The position numbers and the translations under genes were made by a program. From an uncultured virus (IMG/VR IMGVR_UViG_3300030104_003133) (taxonomy: Duplodnaviria > Heunggongvirae > Uroviricota > Caudoviricetes), in the IMG/VR virus record IMGVR_UViG_3300030104_003133: 64,000 nt of DNA; one strand, written 5' to 3'. This document shows positions 59,305 through 64,000 of this stretch, piece by piece; position 1 is the first letter of the stretch, and each line of letters starts with the position of its first letter. The notes beneath the pieces are model-generated. The model did not search any database, was not told the origin of the DNA, and saw only the letters and a program-made list of their open reading frames with translations.

Positions 59305-59901
59305 ATGTCTGATGTATTAGCAATAGATTTGGAAACTAAGAATTACTCCTATGATATAGGAGGATGGGGTAATACCCATATGTTTCAAGTATCTACTGTA
59401 TGCACATGGGATGGGGATAAAGGAACAATATACATTGATAAAGCAGTAGATGAATTGAAGAAGTCTAATGTGGAAGTCAAGCCTATATCCCAATTGAAGT
59501 TTGACTTAGATGACCATTTGCAGAAAGGGGGTCTGCTTCTTGGTCACAACATTGCAGGTTTTGATTTACCTGTTTTGAGAGATTCACTAGATATATTCTG
59601 TATTCAGAAGTATATCAACAAGAGAGCCTATATTGACACAAGCCGTGAAGTAAGTAGTGTTATGGGGGAAAGGTATAGTCTGAATAATCTAGTGACACAT
59701 ACTTTAGAAGATGCTAAGATAATGCATAGCGAAGATGCACCTAAAGTTTGGAAGGCAGGTGGCTACACAGAAGTAGCAGAATACTGTTTGAAGGACTGCG
59801 AATTAGTGTTTGACTTGTGGAAGTATGGAATAGATAACGGAGTTGTAAAAGGCTTCGATATGAAAGAAGAAGAAATGAAAGAGATTGAGGTGAACTGGTG
59901 A
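59305..59901 (+). CDS. DEDD/RNase H-like 3'-5' exonuclease
   Basis: IDLET, GHNIAGFD, YCLKD. Confidence 0.8.
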   Translation: MSDVLAIDLETKNYSYDIGGWGNTHMFQVSTVCTWDGDKGTIYIDKAVDELKKSNVEVKPISQLKFDLDDHLQKGGLLLGHNIAGFDLPVLRDSLDIFCIQKYINKRAYIDTSREVSSVMGERYSLNNLVTHTLEDAKIMHSEDAPKVWKAGGYTEVAEYCLKDCELVFDLWKYGIDNGVVKGFDMKEEEMKEIEVNW

Positions 59902-60057
59902 GTACAATAGAATGGATATTATGGATAATGTTTCTAATGGCAGTATGTCTGTTATTCTTTGCAGCGTTTAGTGGAGATAGAGTTTCCAACCAAACGATTG
60001 AAGAATACATGGATAATCTAATGGCAGAAGAACAACAAGACTGGGGCGGAAATAATC

Positions 60058-60246
60058 GTGGCTCTTAGAGAAACGTGTTCCGCTTGCGGGCAAGATACGA
60101 TACCTAGAAGAATTCTAGGTTTTTATGTAGGTTCTCCGCAAAGGGTCAAGATTTGGGAATGTAGAGAGTGTAACTTTCTATGGTCTGAAAAGGTCTTGCC
60201 CTTTGTGGAGGCCAACTCTAAAAAATTTGGCAAAATGCAAAATTGA
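60058..60246 (+). CDS. Zinc-ribbon protein
   Basis: CSACG..WECRECNFLWS. Confidence 0.55.
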   Translation: MALRETCSACGQDTIPRRILGFYVGSPQRVKIWECRECNFLWSEKVLPFVEANSKKFGKMQN

Positions 60247-60515
60247 CAAATTACGTTTTTATTTTAGGCTAAAAAACGGATTTGGCTCAAATTAATTTAT
60301 TCATGGGTTTTTGACCCACTACAAATAATGAAACATTCGATTCTAGGCTACTAGAGTGTGTTCTACGGGCGTTCTTTTCGTCTGATGTTAATCAGTCCCG
60401 CAGGACAAACAAATGCCCTGTATCGCAACCGTGAAGTCTAACTTTTTAGACCAGACTTTTCCGCACTTCAAATACTCTCAGTCCAGCAGTTTACGCTAAT
60501 TAACAGTAACTTATT

Positions 60516-60794
60516 TTAAGGTCTAAGATTATAAGTTCCTACATCTTTAACAAAAGATGGTTTATCAGGTAATTTACTTCCTAAACTCAATGGGGTGTCA
60601 ATTGTTTCAGGCCAATCTCTTAATTCTTGTCTGTACCTTACTACTTCCTCTTTCTCTTCTTCTGTATATTGTTCCCATAAGTCCGGTAATACATATTTAT
60701 CAGAATCCCTCAATAATGCATTCCTTACTCTTCTCATCTTATTCCATAGAACTTCCATGCTATCCGTTATGTTGTTAAAGTCATCATCTGCCAT
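60516..60794 (-). CDS. Tail-fibre assembly chaperone-like protein
   Basis: RNALLRDSD..YRQELRDWP. Confidence 0.75.
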   Translation of the reverse strand: MADDDFNNITDSMEVLWNKMRRVRNALLRDSDKYVLPDLWEQYTEEEKEEVVRYRQELRDWPETIDTPLSLGSKLPDKPSFVKDVGTYNLRP

Positions 60795-60798
60795 TTAA

Positions 60799-63700
60799 TC
60801 ACCTCTCCACAAAGTATGCTGATATAGTTCCTCTACCTAGATATATTCCTGCTTGATTAGCCGTAGTTGAACGGAATAGAATAACATCACCTTTGTCGAA
60901 ATCAATATCCTTATCAGCAGTAGCAGATATACCGTGTCCATTAGTAGCAACAGTTGCGGTTATATTAGCATTGGAAACTGCTGATTGAGTTGCATTTGCA
61001 GCAGTTGCTTTGTATATCTGAACAGTAGCACTGTTACCTGCGGTTTCATTACCATCATTTGCACAATTTAAGTGCATAAACTTCAAAGTGCAATCAACAG
61101 GTAATGCAATACCTTCGTTCTTTGCGTTACTAGAAGGTGCATCTCCTATATCAGCACCATTACCGAAAGACCAATGGAAACCATTTGAAGAACCAACATT
61201 CAGTTGCCAGTTACTTTCTTCTGCGGTAATGTAGAAAGAACCAGTAGTAGAAGAACCACCACCACCTGAAGACGCTTCAAGACCAATAGTACCTGCTGAA
61301 TGGTCGTAAGTCATTACATAGTTATCTTGACCACTACCTACTGTTTGGTCTGCATTGAACATGAAGTTACCAAGTGCAACGTTTCCTGTGCCGTTTGGTT
61401 GAATTACTATTTTTTCATTTGCACCTTGAGTGATTTTAATTGTTCCAGAGTTTGTTCCAGAGTTTGTGCTTAGAGTTAAATCACCTGTTCCTTGTGTAGT
61501 TAAATCAACATCGTTATTGGACTTTCCAAGTGTGGTTCTAAGGGCATTCAACCTAATTAGACTGTTACCATTGCCCGCTTCATCTGCATTGAGATATATA
61601 TTTGCATCAGCAGTAAATTGATTGTTACCGTTATTCAAGAATGACATAAACGAATTCGTTTTTGTTCTGTGCTGCAACTTGAAGTCAGTAGAAGCATCAC
61701 CTACAATTGCCGTATCAGTATAGAGTAGAATATTACCAGTACCATGAGGCTCTATTGTTACATCTGCATTTGAATTAGATACGATTTTATTTGTATTAAC
61801 ATCTAAATTAGCACCTAACTGTGGTGAAGAATCACCACTTATGTCAGTCAAAAATGATGAATCATTATTAAACTGAGATAATTTAATTTCACTTACTAAT
61901 TTTCTTCTTTCAGCACCATTATCTAGTAGAATCAATTCATCTTGTGAGCCAACAACATCTGCCGTCATGTCTGTAAATTCAGATAAATCAACACTAATAG
62001 TTGGAGTAGTAGTTGAGTTTGTTACATCTAAACCTATACCTACGGTTACATCTGTTACTGTACCTGCATTAGTTGTAAAACCTGCTCCATTCGTTAGTTC
62101 ATTGTTATTTGTTGGAATTTCACTTGTATATGCAATAGTAGAAGCAGTTCCCCAATTTGTATCATCTTGGTCTGCTCGGTAGTGATAGATTCTTTTTGTG
62201 CTAGTCTTAGAAAATGCCAGTAAGTTTGCATCTCCACCTGTATGTCCTGTGAATGTATCTAATACTAAAGCATCAACATAATCAGAAGCGTTAGTGGTTG
62301 AACCATCCTCTAATCCTGTCTTTGTTGAGAATCTTCCTGATATTTCTCTAATGGTATTTGCTAAGTCATCAGGAGCAAAATCCCTATCATCATCTGTCCT
62401 TATGTAAGGAGCGTATAATGTTCTGAAATCCAAGTCGAATGGGTCTGCATCTGAACCCGGAGATATATCAGAATAGTTGATGTCTATACTTGTGTTACCA
62501 CTGTGGAACTTAATCTCTTTAGCGTGTGATATTGATACCTCAGTACCATCATCATCCTCTAGAATAAATGCCATTGGGCTTGTAATAAACCCTGCATCGT
62601 TATTGAAGCCTGATAGATTGATATTAGCCTTAGTTAGTTTCTTCATAGCATTGTTAGTATCTACTACCGCAAAGAAGTCACCATCTCCATCTGATGTAGA
62701 CGTAGTTAATTCTGATAAGTCAAGATTTACTGCATTGGAAGTTACTGATATACCTGTACCATTTCCTACTGCTAGTGAAACACCGCCAGATGAGCCACCT
62801 CCCGTTAAACCTGCACCTGCGGTTACACCAGTTATATCTCCTGTATTAGCGTCAACATAACTAAACGAACCATCACCATCTGATTGAATAAGTTGTCCAG
62901 AAGTTCCATCACCACTAATATTCAATTGTGTAGCACTAACCGAATTGTCTTTCAATGCGAAAGTTAAATCATATGGGTCGCCATCTGAACCATTACTTGT
63001 ATCAGTCCAGTTAATATCAATACCAGTACCTTCAACAAACTTCACTTCTTTACCGTGACTAATTGTAACTTCTGTTCCATCACCGTCTTCTAATTGGAAT
63101 GTGGTTAATTGATTGGTGTTATCATTTGCAGTCATATCATCTACTACTAAATCAATCGTTCCATCTCCGTCTTGATATGTTGCACTTATTCTAGTTTCAG
63201 TATTGCTACTAAACATAGCCCCTACAATGTCTTGGACTTGTTCTGTGCTTAGTTGTGTATCTGTATTAGTTATTGCACCTGTCGCTGCACCAAGATAACC
63301 CCATTGTGCTGCGGATATAGTTGTACTACCAATGTTTTCTAACTGCGCTCCTTCTGCTGCGGTTAAGTTGCTTAATTCAGTTACTTGTGAAATTCCTATT
63401 GTTTTATTTGTTAAGGTTTGAGAACCCGATAATGTAGCAACTGTGTTATCAATAGCAACAGTTATGTTTCCACTTGAACCGCTATTAGCACCACTAATAC
63501 CTGTACCTGTTGTTATAGTCTGATTGTTCTCTCCTCCGGCTGCACCAGTAACTAATGTGAAATTGTCATCTGCATGATTATATGTCACTACCATGTTATC
63601 TTGGTCACCACCAACAGAAGCATTTGAGAACTTAATATGACTAGCAAGGATTTGATTATCTGCTATCTTAGCATCTGTAATAGCATCATTGGCTATTCTT

Positions 63701-64000
63701 GCAGTACCAAATGTACCACTAGTAATTTTACTGGCAGCAAGATTAGGAATCCTAGCAGTACCAAAAGTACCGGATGTAATCTTTGATGCTGCTAAATTAC
63801 CTAATTGTGCATTAGTTATTGTTGAATTACTAATTTGTCCCGCTATTGTATCTGCGGTAATTGAACCACCTAATGATGTAGAAGTACCTGCAATTGTTAT
63901 TGCGCTATTTGATAGTTTAGAATTAGCAATTGAACCTGCTAATTGAGCATTAGTAATACCTGATTCTTTGACTATAACTGCACCAGAAGATACTGCGAAA
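60799..64000 (-). CDS. Tail fibre/adhesin, 5' end outside the window
   Basis: G/T/S/N-rich repeats; reading frame stays open from 63594 to the window edge. Confidence 0.8.
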   Translation of the reverse strand, partial: FAVSSGAVIVKESGITNAQLAGSIANSKLSNSAITIAGTSTSLGGSITADTIAGQISNSTITNAQLGNLAASKITSGTFGTARIPNLAASKITSGTFGTARIANDAITDAKIADNQILASHIKFSNASVGGDQDNMVVTYNHADDNFTLVTGAAGGENNQTITTGTGISGANSGSSGNITVAIDNTVATLSGSQTLTNKTIGISQVTELSNLTAAEGAQLENIGSTTISAAQWGYLGAATGAITNTDTQLSTEQVQDIVGAMFSSNTETRISATYQDGDGTIDLVVDDMTANDNTNQLTTFQLEDGDGTEVTISHGKEVKFVEGTGIDINWTDTSNGSDGDPYDLTFALKDNSVSATQLNISGDGTSGQLIQSDGDGSFSYVDANTGDITGVTAGAGLTGGGSSGGVSLAVGNGTGISVTSNAVNLDLSELTTSTSDGDGDFFAVVDTNNAMKKLTKANINLSGFNNDAGFITSPMAFILEDDDGTEVSISHAKEIKFHSGNTSIDINYSDISPGSDADPFDLDFRTLYAPYIRTDDDRDFAPDDLANTIREISGRFSTKTGLEDGSTTNASDYVDALVLDTFTGHTGGDANLLAFSKTSTKRIYHYRADQDDTNWGTASTIAYTSEIPTNNNELTNGAGFTTNAGTVTDVTVGIGLDVTNSTTTPTISVDLSEFTDMTADVVGSQDELILLDNGAERRKLVSEIKLSQFNNDSSFLTDISGDSSPQLGANLDVNTNKIVSNSNADVTIEPHGTGNILLYTDTAIVGDASTDFKLQHRTKTNSFMSFLNNGNNQFTADANIYLNADEAGNGNSLIRLNALRTTLGKSNNDVDLTTQGTGDLTLSTNSGTNSGTIKITQGANEKIVIQPNGTGNVALGNFMFNADQTVGSGQDNYVMTYDHSAGTIGLEASSGGGGSSTTGSFYITAEESNWQLNVGSSNGFHWSFGNGADIGDAPSSNAKNEGIALPVDCTLKFMHLNCANDGNETAGNSATVQIYKATAANATQSAVSNANITATVATNGHGISATADKDIDFDKGDVILFRSTTANQAGIYLGRGTISAYFVER

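Noticed and set aside
63594..63594. Track start of the tail fibre
   Set aside because: The frame is open to the window edge with the same fibre-like composition
55..63946. Numerous Ser/Leu/Phe-rich antisense ORFs, e.g. 11661-12221, 30572-30955, 50987-51430
   Set aside because: Shadow frames of purine-rich genes on the opposite strand
1..64000. Major capsid protein, prohead protease, chaperonin, integrase
   Set aside because: No ORF with recognisable motifs; presumably outside the window

Overview
This window looks like part of a large tailed dsDNA virus of archaea, most consistent with a Marine Group II (Poseidoniales) magrovirus-like genome. Evidence is GGTGA/GGAGG ribosome-binding sites, an archaeal-type replisome, a TFB homologue, and terminase, portal and tail-fibre genes. 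1-22.5 kb (minus strand) is a head/packaging block whose proteins often start with a W-x-x-[VIL]-[LVI]-K tag. 22.5-28.5 kb is a gene-poor divergent region built from 16 copies of the palindrome CCATATGG. These delimit four promoter-to-hairpin cassettes with inward-facing CTTTG boxes and 11 short modules, 10 of which carry a conserved-loop hairpin. 28.5-60.2 kb (plus strand) holds a tRNA/structured-RNA cluster, class II RNR, a dispersed ubiquitin-like set (Ubl-GG-Q, E1, E2-like, JAB), two histone-fold proteins and replication genes including a split PolB. 60.5-64 kb (minus strand) holds a tail-fibre chaperone and a tail fibre that runs off the window. All product calls come from reading motifs by eye; no database search was run.
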